From assembly GCA_964016885.1 (NCBI GenBank), contig OZ024740.1, positions 57,412,001 to 57,476,000 on the forward strand: a DNA stretch of 64,000 nucleotides, written 5' to 3'. The notes under the pieces were generated by a model. The model was not told the origin of the DNA. It worked only from the letters and a program-made list of their open reading frames with translations, and did no database searches. Shown piece by piece: positions 39,679-53,552 of the stretch (its first letter is position 1; every line of letters starts with the position of its first letter). Source of the stretch: Eledone cirrhosa (Eukaryota). Both the position numbers and the translations under genes were made by a program.

Positions 39679-41625
39679 GTAAGGCAATCAGAGATATGAA
39701 GATAGGGAAGGCAACCAGTCCATCGGGTATAGCTGCCGAGATGCTGAAGGCATCTGGGTCTGTAGGTCACACTATAACCACACGTATCATTAACCAGGTA
39801 ATACTAGAAGGGGCTATACCAAAAGATTGGTGCAGTAGCATCATTGTCAACTGCTACAAAGGTAAAGGCGATGCACTAGATAGAGGAAACTATAGAGGTA
39901 TAAAGTTGATGGACCAGGTCATGAAAGTAACAGAAAGAGTTATAGCACAGCTGATTAGGGACCGGGTGAATATAGACGAGATGCAATTTGGGTTTGTACC
40001 AGGGAAAGGCACCACTGATGCCCTCTTCCTTGTGAGGCAATTACAGGAAAAGTACCTAGCTAAAAGTAAGCCACTCTACTTGGCATTTGTCGACCTTGAG
40101 AAAGCCTTTGACAGAGTTCCACGTGCAGTAATCTGGTGGGCTCTTAGAAAACTAGGAGTAGATGAATGGCTTGTGAAAGCAGTACAAGCCATGTATAGGG
40201 GAGCAGTCAGCAAAGTTAGGATTAGCAATGAGTATAGCGAGGAATTTAGCGTACAGGTTGGGGTCCACCAGGGCTCTGTTCTTAGCCCTCTCCTGTTCAT
40301 CATAGTCCTGCAGGCAATAACGGAGGAGTTTAAGACCGGATGCCCATGGGAACTCCTGTATGCTGATGACCTCGCACTCATAGCTGAATCTATGGTAGAA
40401 CTAGAGAATAAATTCCAAACCTGGAAGCAGGGACTAGAGAGAAAGGGCCTCAAAGTCAACATGACAAAGACTAAGGTCCTTGTAAGTAGACGAGAAAACA
40501 GAACCCAGATCCCCTCAGGGAAATGGCCTTGCTCAGTATGTAGGAAAGGTGTAGGTAGGAACTCCATTCTCTGCCCCAAATGCAAACAATGGGTACACAA
40601 GAGATGTAGCGGGATCTCAGGAAGCTTAATTAAGAATGTAGGATTCACATGCAGCAGCTGTGCTGAAACAGCAAGCAAACAGCCACAGGAAACAAGTACC
40701 ACCAATCTCTGGGAGGGCCCTGTAGAAACAGTAGACAGCTTCTGCTACCTAGGTGACCGAATTAGCAACGGAGGTGGGTGCTCAGAAAGTACAATAACTA
40801 GGGTAAGAATGGGATGGAAGAAGTTTAGGGAACTACTACCACTGCTAGCTGCAAAAGGCTTCTCCCTCAGAATGAAAGGCAGACTGTATGATGCGTGTAT
40901 CCGAACAGCGATGTTGCATGGTAGTGAGACCTGGGCGCTGAAGGTGGAAGACTTACGTAGATTAGAGAGAAACGAAGCCTGCATGCTCCGATGGATGTGT
41001 AACAGTAATATACGTGAACGACAAAGCATAAAGGAATTGAGAGAGAGACTGAGCATAAGAGGAATCAAATGCTGCGTGCAGGAGAGGCGGTTACGCTGGT
41101 ATGGACATGTGATGCGTATGAAGGATGACAGCTGCATAAAAAGGTGCAGAGCATTAGAAGTTGATGGAAACCGCGGAGTGGGGAGACCCAAGATGACTTG
41201 GGATGAGGTGATAAAAGCCGACCTTACCCAACTACACCTCTCAAAGACAATGACACACGACCGTGACTTCTGGCGTCACGCAGTAATACAGGGTACCCGA
41301 CCTCCCATGGGTACATGCTGAAGCATATAAACAATATGCCCCCACTCCCCCCACCGCAAGGTGGTCGTGGAGGTGCCACGGCAAAAAAGCACCCAGCCCA
41401 CACTGTAAAGTGGACGTGTAGGCGCCACGAAAAAGCACCCAGCACTCACTGTAAATGAGGTTGGTGTTAGGAAGGGCATCCGGCTGTAGAAATCAAGCCA
41501 GATCAGTTCCTGTATGAGCAAGGCATGGTCAGCCGACCAGACACTGCCCACAACAGGACAACCCGTCTAACCCATGCTAGCGTGGAAGAACGGACGTAAA
41601 ACGGTGATGATGATGATGATGATGA
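39679..41625 (+). mobile_element. RTE-clade LINE, 5'-truncated, RT C-terminal ORF intact to 41321, (GAT)n tail
   Basis: NYRGIKL, QFGF, FVDLEKAFD, GVHQGSVLSP, YADD, YLG, RLRWYGHV, GRP..TW motifs; inserted in (TA)n. Confidence 0.95.
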
Positions 41626-42306
41626 TATATATATACACATACACATGTTTATACACATATATATATATACACACATGTATATATATATATATATATATCT
41701 GCTGCCACTTGTCTGTTTCTCTCTTTGTATCTTTACCCTTTCTAGCAGTCTCTCTCTCTGTTAGCCTCTTCCTCAACTTTCACTCACTCATACCCTGTCA
41801 CTACCTCTCCTCCACTCCTCTTTCTTCCCGCTTGACCTGTCCGATTCCTTTTCTCGCGCACTCTTGGCCAAGCCGGTATGAATTTTTTTTCTCTCTCTCT
41901 CTCGTCTGCGTCTTCACAAAACTTATGTTTACCGAATTCGCAGACCAGACCCCTTCTTCTTCTTCCTCCCGTTCGACCTGTGCGAAATTCCTTCCTTACT
42001 CACATTTCAACCAGGTCTGATGGTCTTTATTCTCTAGTAGTTCACGATTTTATCGAGTTTATATTCATAGAAATCTGGGACTTGTCTCTTTCCTCTCACT
42101 TTCTGTTGCTTAAACCATTTTGTTTGTTCACCCTAACGTTCTCTTTATTTACGTGTCCCAACGACTTTTTTTAGCCGTTGTTCGCACCAACCTGAGGTAT
42201 ATGGCCCTTAAAGCGATGAAATGCCTGGGACGGTTGGAGGGTCACTGATGAAGGACTCCCCCCCCCCTTTTTTATATGTAACCCATTTGCAACGCCGCAG
42301 CTCCAT

Positions 42307-42351
<45 letters not shown>

Positions 42352-43802
42352 AACATTTGTGTTGCATTTATAACATGTATATTTAATTTATGAAGTTTCA
42401 CATTGTTATATTTGAGTTTTTATGAAATATCCACCACCACCACCTTTCAAAACCAAGGTTCAACTATTTCAATTGTATTTCTCTTCTGTTGATATTAGAT
42501 ATATCCATTAAATTATTGACTTTCAGTCAGCACTGTGGCCAAATATAGAATACAAACAGACACACACATGTTTAAAGTAAACAGTTAAATAAATACTGCC
42601 TTAGTAAAATGATGTCAAAAAGAAGAAAATACTTCTAAATTCTCAAAAATACTCAAGAAGCATAGACATGGCTGCATGGTTAAGACATTTCCTTTGTAAT
42701 TATGTAGTCTCAAGTTCAATTCCACTGTGAAGCACCTAAAGCAAATGATATTTACTCTATATATGTGTGCATGTATGCAAGTGTGTATATATATTGGTGC
42801 TACTGGTAACATGTATCCCAGTACAACCTGTCCCATGGTCGGGTCGTTTGCGACTAAACTGGCAACCCCACCAAGGTTTCTTGGTGAGGAGGGTGACTTT
42901 GGACATCCTGCAGGACTAAAAACAAAACCTGTCAAAGGGCAAAGGAGCTCTTAAGAGTTAATGGCCATCCAAATTCACCGGGAGAGATGACCCCTTAGCC
43001 TTTGTCAAGGCAGAATTCTAGGAGAAGGAAAACTCTGATATAACACCTGCAACCCTAATGGTATCCAATGATGTTGACTTGTTCTTCTTTTTGGTAAATA
43101 TCATCTTGGTTAAGAGAGTGGGACTGGCTTTGTGCAGTGCCTTTGCTCACTATAAAAGCTTCACGGCACAGGCATTGCTTTATATCTGGAGATCTCTCTG
43201 CACTTGTCATCACATGGTACCATGGGCCCAGCACTATGTGTCAATAATTGTCACAAGTGTAGTGTTTGTACCAGAGTTTTCAAGTCGCTGGCTGGACTAA
43301 AAAGTCACACTTGTTCAGCGCATCGGTAGGGGTTCTCCTACATGGATATAAAGTAGTGGCCGTACTCGAAAACGAGTTGGCAGCCACTATATATATATAT
43401 ATTCTTTTCCTACTATATCATACATAAAACTATATCATATATTCCTTCATTATACTGTGTCATTTGCTTTGTTATTTCTGTTTGCCTTTCGCACACACAT
43501 ACATTCATATATATATATATATATATATTTAACCGTTCAACACATTGGCAGAGAGGCATACACTCCTCATGAAGGGTAATGACCCAGAAACATGTCGATT
43601 GTTCCTCAAAGCCAGAGTTGAACAAACAGTTGACGATCGATCACCAGCACGGCACAGGTTCAAATCGGGCTGTTTGTTTACAAACGAATCGAACATTATT
43701 AATGTTCGATATAATCCATACGTACCTATGTGTGTGTGTGTATGTGTGTGTACGTATGCATACTTACATTTATGTATCAGCTGTGCTAGGAAGAGAAATA
43801 AT

Positions 43803-43846
<44 letters not shown>

Positions 43847-43980
43847 AAGGTTATATTTAATTTGTTGGAATTGAAAAAACTTAAAAGTTTTATAACTGAT
43901 ATAAAGCACTCAACAATAGTGGAGTAAATATCAAGGTTGTTCTTCTGCGGGTATGTCAACATTTATAAAACAAATTTTGT

Positions 43981-44044
43981 ATTTTATCTGATGAAAGCGC
44001 ACCAAAATTTGCCTTGGTTGCCCTTGAAATATATATAATAAAAT
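43981..44044 (+). ncRNA. Hammerhead ribozyme
   Basis: ATTTTAT-CTGATGA-AAG.GCACCAA..TTGGTTGC.CTT-GAAATATATATA-ATAAAAT. Confidence 0.8.
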
Positions 44045-44308
44045 AATTATGGTTTTATAAATATAGTTTCCATTTATTAATATAATGTATATATATATAT
44101 ATATGACGTGTAGGCACCACGGAAAAAAAGCACCCAGCACTCACTGTAAATGAGGTTGGTGTTAGGAAGGGCATCCAGCTGTAGAAATCAAGCGAGAATC
44201 AGTTTCGGTATGAGCAAGACAAGGTCAGCCGACCGGACACTGCCCACAACAGGACAACCCGTCTAACCCATGCTAGCGTAAAAGAACGGACGTAAAACGG
44301 TGATGATG

Positions 44309-44342
<34 letters not shown>

Positions 44343-44389
44343 ATATATACTGTGTATATATATATATATATACACATATATATCATGCA

Positions 44390-45198
44390 GGCCAGGTAGG
44401 TGCCCATCATGACTGTGTTCTTAGCCCTCTCCTATTTATTATTATCCTGCAGGCTATAACAGAAGAGTTTAAGACTGAGTACCCATGGGAACTTCTGTGT
44501 GCAAATGATGTAACTCTCGGCTAAATCTATGGCAGAATTAGAAAAGAAATTCCAAACCTGGAAACATGGTCTAGAATCAAAAGATCTTAAAGTTAACTTG
44601 TCAAAGTCTAAATTCCTAGTATGTAGAAATGAAAACAGGGCCCAGATTTCCCCAGCAAAATGTCATTGCTGTGTGCAGGAAAGAATTAGGTAGAAATTCG
44701 ATCCTATGTCCCAAATGCAAGCTCTGGGTTCACAAGAGATGTAGTGGGATAATAGACAATCTATCACAGAACGTAGGTTTTATGTGGCCGATGCACAGGT
44801 GCAATAAGTAGCAGGAGCCCACAGGATCCTTGCTCCTTCAAATGACAAGAGGGCTCAGTACAAGTAGTCAACAGTTTCTGTAACCTGGGTGACAAAATTA
44901 GCAGTGGGGAGGGTGTTCCGAAAGTACATTAGGCAGAGTAAGATTGAGATGGAGAAAATTCAGGGAGCTACTATCGCTGCTAGCTACAAAAGAGTTTCCC
45001 CTCAAAAAGGAGGGCAGATTGAATGAGGCATGTATACAAACAGCAATGTAGCATGGTAGTGAGGACCTGCGAAGGTTGGAAAGAAATAACGCCTGCATAC
45101 GAGCGAGATACGGTCACCCGACCAAACTTGCCTCAAATGGGACAAACCCGTCTAACCAATTTCTAGTGTGGAAGATCAACGCTAAACGATGATGATGA
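44390..45198 (+). mobile_element. Decayed RTE LINE fragment
   Basis: VLSPLLF..TEEFK..PWELL, CPKCK.WVHKRC motifs, (gat)n tail. Confidence 0.85.
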
Positions 45199-45274
45199 TA
45201 GGTGCAAACTTGTTGAAGATCTGGCAGTAATAAAAGAAAATCAAACAAAAAGTGACATAACTACAGTTTGGTTG

Positions 45275-45640
45275 GACCAAAGGGACGGCAAAAGGCCAGA
45301 TTACATAATGATTTTCCGTTCAGCGGCGATAAACCCGTCATCTGGAACACGGTATGTAGCGATACTTTCTCCAGCGACAACAGGCCCAGTTTTCGTTATA
45401 AGACAAGCTAAAGATCCCATGCTGTTGTATCGACCGCTTTCGAATAGGATTGTCGTTGAAACTGTAGCGGTGGAGACGTCTGGGATTCTTGGTCGCTGTA
45501 CGAGTACTTCTCCCTACTCACTGCTATCGGGACAAAGTTGGCTGCCTGCAGGTGTAAGCCCTGCGAGATCGAATGGTTATCTCAACGCGTCTCCTTCGCC
45601 ATTGTCTATTCTGTCCGCTGGAACTACGAGGTAGCTTCAG
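45275..45640 (+). mobile_element. Non-LTR element 3' end with restriction-like endonuclease (CRE-like), decayed
   Basis: DGKRPD, W..TVCSDT, AVETSG.LG and LSQRVSFAIV motifs across frameshifts. Confidence 0.7.
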
Positions 45641-46363
45641 CCTGGGGGCTCTGCACGCCAAAAAGCATTCTCCCATACAATCCGGACTCGTGTCATTAGA
45701 GTAGCGATGTTAAGAGCTGCATGATCCTTATGCACACTTAGAAAGATAATATAAACACATAAACAAGCAACACTTTCCTAATTGTGTATATTTTTTTAAT
45801 GAAATGTTTACAATACGATTATGTTGATAAAATTAAAAAAATTAATTTCACTTTTTTAATTTCGATGTGTCTGTAGTAGGTTAAACATAAACTCCGATTT
45901 TTTTTAAACCGTGCCTTCCAATTTCATGTTAATGAATAATATCAATCAAGATAATTTAATAGCTGTTCTACACGAACGTAATTGCAGATTTTTTTTTTAT
46001 CATCAACATATTCGAAAATGTATTTGAAAGTTGAGGTAATAGGAGGGGTCACCAATATGTAGTTATGTTCCCCAAATTATAATGTAACACAAATCTTAAC
46101 CCCGCTGAAATATATTTTAGTTTGAAATAATTGTTTCTACTTTAGGCACAAGGCCAGCAATTATCCAGTGCATTACTGGTACTTTATTTTATCGACCCCG
46201 TAAGGATGAAAGGCAAAGTCAACCTCGGCGGGATTTGAACTCAGATCATAAAGGGACGTAACTATGCTGGAAAGCATGGCGTCCGACCCTCTACTGATAT
46301 TGAAATAATACTTAAAAGTTAAAATGTATATTATATATATATATATCAAATATATATATATAT

Positions 46364-46465
<102 letters not shown>

Positions 46466-46763
46466 CTGTTATTTTAATAAATATTTGCTCTACGGTTCTT
46501 ATATATTTGATATATCGAGCCCTCTTTGGATTTTAGTCTTCAAATTTATTATTATTACTATTTGGATCCCTCGGTTGAGCACTCTATTGACTTATATTCA
46601 TCATGCAGAAACAACATCTGAATATTTCTACAAAGAACATACACGTACGTTTTTTGAAATATCCACTTCTGCGTTTACAGATTGACTTCGTTAGTTTCAG
46701 AAGATCCCGTTAAGGGTGAAAGCAGCGATTCTTTGCCTAAACTTTAATCTGTTATTTTAATAA

Positions 46764-46816
<53 letters not shown>

Positions 46817-47256
46817 ATATTTGATATACCTCATATGAAATAATACAGCTAATTATCCATACAATACAATATAGTTAGCACCCCAAACGATTAATTGGGG
46901 ATATACTCAGGTATTTCCTAATGTTTGTTGAGTGAGTTGGAATTTGGCCGGAGTATCGCTTTTAGCTTTCTCCGATTATGTATTTATATATATATATATA
47001 TATATCAGAATAGAGGCGGAAATAACCAGTTAGAGCATTACTCACCAGAGTACTCGATACTTGGGGTAGTAGAGTGGGTAATATGAAAAATTCGGGACCC
47101 AGACGGCTGAGCTCCTGTCGATTCAACAGCTAGATCAGGTTCGGATCTAGCTGTTGAAACGGCAGGAGTTCAGCTGTCGGGGCCCCGAATTTTTCAAATA
47201 TATATATATAGGAATCAAAGTCGATTTAGTAAGAGATATAAGCTAAAGTTGTTTAC

Positions 47257-47331
47257 CTTAATCGAGTGAACTTGTAGGACAAAAACAAACAAGTATAATC
47301 CGGCAAGAATCTTTTTTGGGGCGGACTCCAT
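47257..47331 (-). CDS. ATRAID: ATRAID/APR3 exon 1 (signal peptide MESAPKKILAGLYLFVFVLQVHSIK)
   Basis: ATG, hydrophobic signal-like peptide, phase-0 GTAAAC donor matching the phase-0 start of the next exon. Confidence 0.8.
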
Positions 47332-47605
47332 AGCGATAGAAGAAAACGAATAATGAGTATAAGAGAAGGAACTCCACAAATATATTAAAGGTTCATGTTT
47401 ACTATCAAAGTTTACGACAGCTACACTTTACAATTAGTAAACAAGTCATAAGATGACAATCATGTGATACATAGTGCATCGTTAGTAAACCAACATTTGA
47501 TTGGTTAAGGCTGCAGTAGATTCCACTAATTGCTAACGAGTTAACACGGTCAGTTGTTGTCATGACAACATTAATGCAATTCTAAACGACAACTCAAAAC
47601 ACCAG
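47332..47605. promoter_or_regulatory. Probable bidirectional ATRAID/TEKT2 promoter with a putative non-coding TEKT2 exon ending at 47605
   Basis: Perfect palindromic X-box GTTGTCATGACAAC (47556-47569), forkhead motif GTAAACA (~47437), ATTGG/CCAAT box (~47500), CAG|GTAAAT donor at 47605/47606. Confidence 0.65.
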
Positions 47606-50600
47606 GTAAATTATTTATTTTTCTTCTTCGAAATTCTCTGATTTTCAATGTAATGATAAATCTGAATACTAAATTTTATTACGATATTTGTCTGTATTTT
47701 ATATAATTATAACTGTTACAGAAATCCTTTGTTATTGTCATTTAGATACATTTTTATGTACAATTAAATAATGAAAAATTCTGTAAACATTTTTAAAAGT
47801 TGGCGTTATAAAAATCTCTTTTGTGGCTGTAGATTGGCAGAATCAATAGAGCGTCGAACAAAATGCTTTGCAGTATTTAGTTACGACTTTCTACGTTCTG
47901 AGTTCAAATCACGCGTTTTCAACTTTGCCTTTCATCCTTCCGGAGTCGATAATAAAATACCAGTTTAAAAAGGTACGATCGACATTCGTCAAATCGGACC
48001 GAGGAAACAATATTTCCATTGGTCTTTCCAATTGCTAATACTATCTATCGGTCGCAACTCTAGGTAGAAGGAGCAACGTGAAACAAAGTGTCTTGCCCAA
48101 GGACATAACGCATCGCCACGATTGCGAATCCAATTCTCTAACCACTCAGCCACACGCCTTCATACCAGTTTAGTAGTGGTTCGATATAATCTATTTTCAC
48201 CTTCCACACAATTGCTGGCCTTGTGTCAATGTTAGAAAGAATTATAAGAATCTCTTATTTTTTTCCCCCTTTAATTGTTTGGGGAAATATTTCTTTGTTG
48301 TATCGCATATTTAAATGATTCTTTCTAATTTGTGCACAAAACCAGAAATTTGGTGAGTACTTGACTGGTACTTTATTTATCGACCCCGGCTGGATTTGAA
48401 CTCAGATTGAATTAGCCTAAACAAATATTGCTAGATATTTGTCCGATGCTTTAACGACTCTGTCAATCCACCACCCTTGACGTGAATTAACTCGTATGTA
48501 TGTATGCAAGGAGCCTCGTTTGCCTTTAAAATGTGAGGGGGACAAACCAACATTTGTTGATTCTTAAAGGAGTATGTTAGTATTGGTTATGGTGCCTTTC
48601 CCGGACCTTATCACATAAGTAAAATTTTACACTAATTAAATTTGATATATTCAAATGAAGTTCGGATGTAAAAAAATAAGCTTAAAAAGAGTTTATCATA
48701 TCTAATAAACAAAAAATAAAACATAGACGTTTGAACATTCTACTATATAAGTATGTGCAAGGCGGTGCATGGCTTAGTGGTTCGAGTGTCGGGCTTACAA
48801 TCTTGAGGTTGTAAGTTCGATTCTCGGACCGTCTGTTGCGTTGTCTTCTTGAGCAAGACACTTTATTTCATGTTGCTCCAGTTCATTCAGCTGTAGACAG
48901 GAGTTGCGGCGTCACTGGTGTCAAGCTGTATCAAACATTGCCATTCCCTTGGACAACATCGGTGTCGTGTATGTATGACTGGCATGTATGGCCGATTGCT
49001 GGTCTTCCACAAACAACTTTGCTTGGCCTTGTGCTTTGGAGGAGAACTTTCTAGGTGCAAATCCCTTGGTCATTCGTGACCGGAGTGGGTCTTTACCTTT
49101 TATTTTCTGCCAAATATATTGAATTGAATTGAAAAGACATGACGTGACGGTCGTGGCTGAAACCTTTTTGATCGTAGGCCTATTGAATCAAGGCTCACCT
49201 GCCCTCTCTCCCTCTCCGTTGTACATCGAGTCATTTTCATGGCACTAACACTAGGGGGGTTATCATCGTAATTGTGTGGCAGTAAGTGAAGGTGTAAAAT
49301 GTTCCAGATCTAAACTCTCGCCCACTACCACCACCACCTGGCCTATGGGTACCTTTAGCAAAGTTCACTCTGTTGCAAACGTTTATATCAGGTCCTTACA
49401 AGGTTAATTTTAATATCTTATTGTACTGCTTCCCTGTGATGTAGCTAGGGGCAGCCCTTCAGTTTTCCACTTCTAACTCCCCACAAAAAATACATATTGC
49501 TCAGTGATTCACTCTTAAAGTTATATATATATTAACTAGTCTGTGTACAATTATAATATTGGTTTCTGATTTAGGCACAAGGCCAACAATTTTGGGGAAG
49601 AGGTAAGTCGATTAAATCGACCGCAGTGCATTACTGGTACTTTATTTTATCGACCTCCATACGGATAAAAGGAAAAGTTAACCTTGGCAGGACTTGAACC
49701 CAGAATGTAAAGAGCAAGAGCAAATGCTGCAAAGCATTTTATCCATAGCATATAAAGAATGCTTATAGCCTACATCAGACCCAAAAGTGTTACCCGGGGC
49801 AGACCACCCCCTCACTTCCCTCTATGCTACTGCTGCTTCCTACGGCAGCAACCTGTGAGTCATTATTTTGTATAATTACTAGTGACATTCATTAAATGAA
49901 TGTTTTTGCATGAATTATTTGAACAATAAAAAATGTTTCAAAGCAATTTATTCCCTGCTAAAGAAGGGGTTAGCCTTGCAAATCCCATCACAAACTTTTC
50001 CATTTAGCTTTATCGTCTGCATTCCTCCTCCTCCTCACACTAGCCTTTCATTTTTTTCTTCCATCATCCCCAGCCATTTGATCTAGATCTTTCTCAATAG
50101 TAACAATATTTCCAAAATGTAGTCATAATTTTCGTTTTAACAATAGGCGGTGAATTGGGTGTATTGGTAGAGGGTCGGACACCATGCTTTCCAACATAGT
50201 TACTTCCCTTTACGGTCTGAGTTCAAATCCTGTCAAGGTTAACTTTGCCCTTCATCCTTACGGGGTTGATAAAATAAAGTACCAGTAATGTACTGGGTAT
50301 TGTTGGCTTTGTGCCAAAAGTAGAAACAATTATAATTTTCATTTTAGCACGTAGTGGGGGGGGTAATATAAGCCAGCTATCTAATGTAGGAGGATGGGAG
50401 TGTTTCCATGATCACCTTTGCAGGTACTCTCAGGTAGGTGGAATTGTTGAGGCTTAATTAATTAATTATGTAAAAGAAAACATGCATGGATGAAAAAATT
50501 GATAGGCTGCCAGGCAGCAAGCTGAATAATGTATATTATCAGTGGTATTTGTATTGTCATGCTTGTGCAGGACTAGTAGAATGTCCATCATCATCATCAT

Positions 50601-52184
50601 CATCTTCTTCTTCTTCTTCTTCTGTTGTTGTTGTTGTCATTGAACCTCCATCACTTTTGGCAATGAGTGTTCCTGTTGATCAAACAATGGAACAGCTTGA
50701 TCTTAAAATCAACATGCAAATTAGCTGAGAATTCCACTGACACGTACTTTTAACGTAATTCTCAGGGAGATTCAGCATGTCACAATTGTGACAAGTGACA
50801 AGACTAGCCCTTTGACTTTACAAGTACAACTCATTTTTGCCAGCTGAGTAGACTGGAGCAACGTGAAATAAAGTGTCTTGCTCAAGGACACAATGCTCCG
50901 CCAAGAATGGAACTCACAACTTTACATTCATGAGCCAAACACCCTGACCACTAAGCCAAACAACTTCAATAACAGCCCCATGGTGAATTTAATATCTAAT
51001 GCCTTCCCTCTCCCCCACCCCACCCACACACAAGGATTACACGTGGGCCTGGTATGAAATTTAGACCCCATTTCAAACTATTCATTAAATATTTTCCTAA
51101 TTAATCCTATAATCTATGTATGTGTTAAAATTGCATGTGGTATACTTGCGAGTAATAGAACAAAATAGTAGAGCTATAACTGTGGGCAAGTAGACACCCT
51201 CAAAACCATACACCCATGTCAGCTCGGTTCTCTGTCCTCTCCCCCACCTTCTACTCTGGACTGTGCAATATGCATGTGAGAGCATGTTGCTAAAATCTCA
51301 ACTGGTCGTGAGACACTGTCAGTTCACTCAACCTATTAGAAATAACAGCCAAATAATCTTCAAATCATTTGACACTTTAGCATTTAAAGTGGCCGGATAC
51401 AGCCAAAATTGTCTCACCTCTTTCCGTTCAAACCAGCTGTAACCGGCCATTCATACTGATGTTAAGGTATTGTTCTCAAAATAAATAATATCAAAATCTC
51501 ATAGATTCGATATTATAAAGCCTTTACTGCGAAAATATAATAGTAAATATAGAGTAATGTAAATGCTAAAGGGTTAAGATAGGAAAGAGATATTGGACAA
51601 GGGAGTCACTGATATACAAAAATAGATAAATAGACAAAAAAAAAAAAAAAAGATGAGCTTTGGTTATATGGTTGCTCAATCTGAGATGACCTATAGGGCT
51701 AAACAACAATTCTCAATTAGCCCAAGACAACTAGCTGTAAATCATTTACATTAAAGAACAAAATACTTCTGTATGCAGGAGCTCCACAAAAATTTAGCAA
51801 GTATTTAGTTGGCTTGCAGTTCTCAGTTTAATTCCACTCAGCTCAAACATTGGAAATGAGGAACTTGCCAATGCTTCATGGAGGTCTATACAAAAAAACA
51901 TGAAAAGTAAAAAAAAAAATTGTTAATGATTTTTTTTTTTAGAAAAACATATTTACACTATAAGCTCCAAAATAATTTTATGAGAATTAAAATGTGTGGG
52001 CCTGGCAACCTTTTACCTACATGTTTTTCCTCTCATTTAAAGTTATTAACATCCCTCTATCCAAACCTTAGTTCAAGGCTGTCTTAACAGCAACACAATA
52101 CACAACCACAGCAAACATAGGTTAGCATTGGACCCCTAGACCCTGTAAGCTCATGGGCAAATGTCCAGTGTGGTCATGTCTTAA

Positions 52185-52402
52185 CCCTTTAGCATTTAAA
52201 CCAGCCATATCTGGCCAGAATTCTCTCACCTCTTTCTGTTCAAACCGTCTGTAACTGGCCACTCATACTGATGTTAAGGTATTGTTCTCAAAATAAATAT
52301 CTAAATCTCATAAATTTGATAATATGTGAGATAATTATCTAAGGTAAAGCCTTTACCATGAAAATACCATAGTAAATATAGAGTAATGTAAATGCTAAAG
52401 GG
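52185..52402. mobile_element. piggyBac-type MITE (CCCTTTAGCATTTA TIR, TTAA TSD); copies at ~51373-51577 and 19033-19243
   Basis: TIRs with TTAA on both sides; three alignable copies in the window. Confidence 0.85.
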
Positions 52403-53552
52403 TTAAGATGGTACTACCTTAGGTATTTCTTTATTTATCTCTATAAGATCTTCTACAAATGCATAGAATGTTATTTGAGCACTTATGTTTTATGTTGTTG
52501 TTTTTGCTATTTGACCTCTGTCGTTTCTGACAACAAATGCTCCCAGTTGGTTCAGTTAATGGAACTGCCAGCTCATGAAATTAACATGTAAGTGCCTAAG
52601 CATTCCACAGACATGTGCACCTTTAACATAGTTCTCAGGGAGATTCAGCATGACACAATATGTGACAAGTTTGGTCCCTTGAATTATAGATACAACTCAT
52701 GTTTGCCAGGTGAGTGGAATGGAACAAGATAAAACAAAGATATCTTGTTCAAGGAAATAATAAACACACTACCAGGTCTAGGAATGGACCTCACAACCTT
52801 ACAATCATGAGCTGAACAGCCTAACCACTAAACCACACATATTCAAATGTTCTATATCCACATAGAAGAATAAAACACATAATATCAATGAGAGAACAGA
52901 CTGGTGGCAACAGCGAGGCCTCCAAGAGAAATTTTGCAAGATGGTAAAAGACCCCTTTTGGGGCCCAAAGCAGACAAAAATTTTTCTGAAAATGGATGTT
53001 GCATGGTTGCTGTGGGGCCTTCTTAGCTCTTGGGCTCTGGAACAAAGTACCGGTTGGACCCCTACCTCTCATAGGCCCTGAGCAACATAGTGTAAATGTA
53101 AATTTGTTTTGTTTTTTTTTTGTTTGTTCTCTTAATGTGAGGTAAATAGTCTAAAACATTATATTCTTAGCAACAACAAATTCATTTCAAACATTCAAAC
53201 ATTTAATAAACTGTTTATATATTTATAAAAATTATTCATTTATTTATTTTTTTTTTTTTTATGCATGATGAAAGTAATATAAAAGCAGCTTTTTGAAAGT
53301 GATATCATTATCATCATCATCTACATCATCAATTAACATCTTTTTCATGATGATGATATTACTTTCAAGAAGCTGTTTTCATATTGCCTTCATCATGAAA
53401 ATAAATAAATAAATATACAGTTTTATAAATATTTAATTTAATTTAATCTATAATTTTTATATGTTAATGATATATAATTAATTTCTGATGCAAATTTCTT
53501 TAAATTGACAGTAGATACATAATTACAAAAATATTACAGTGAATTTTTCAAA

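Noticed and set aside
40076-41191. Antisense ORFs of 148-231 aa over RTE and Gypsy pol sequences (also 17189-18511, 56848-58029)
   Set aside because: Shadow frames of coding sequence with no independent motifs.
42240-42267. CTGATGAAGGACT start of a hammerhead
   Set aside because: Truncated by a poly-C run; the 3' half is missing, so it is not counted as a ribozyme.
48761-48830. tRNA-like sequence
   Set aside because: It is a SINE head with A/B boxes running into the SINE body; no complete cloverleaf is evident.
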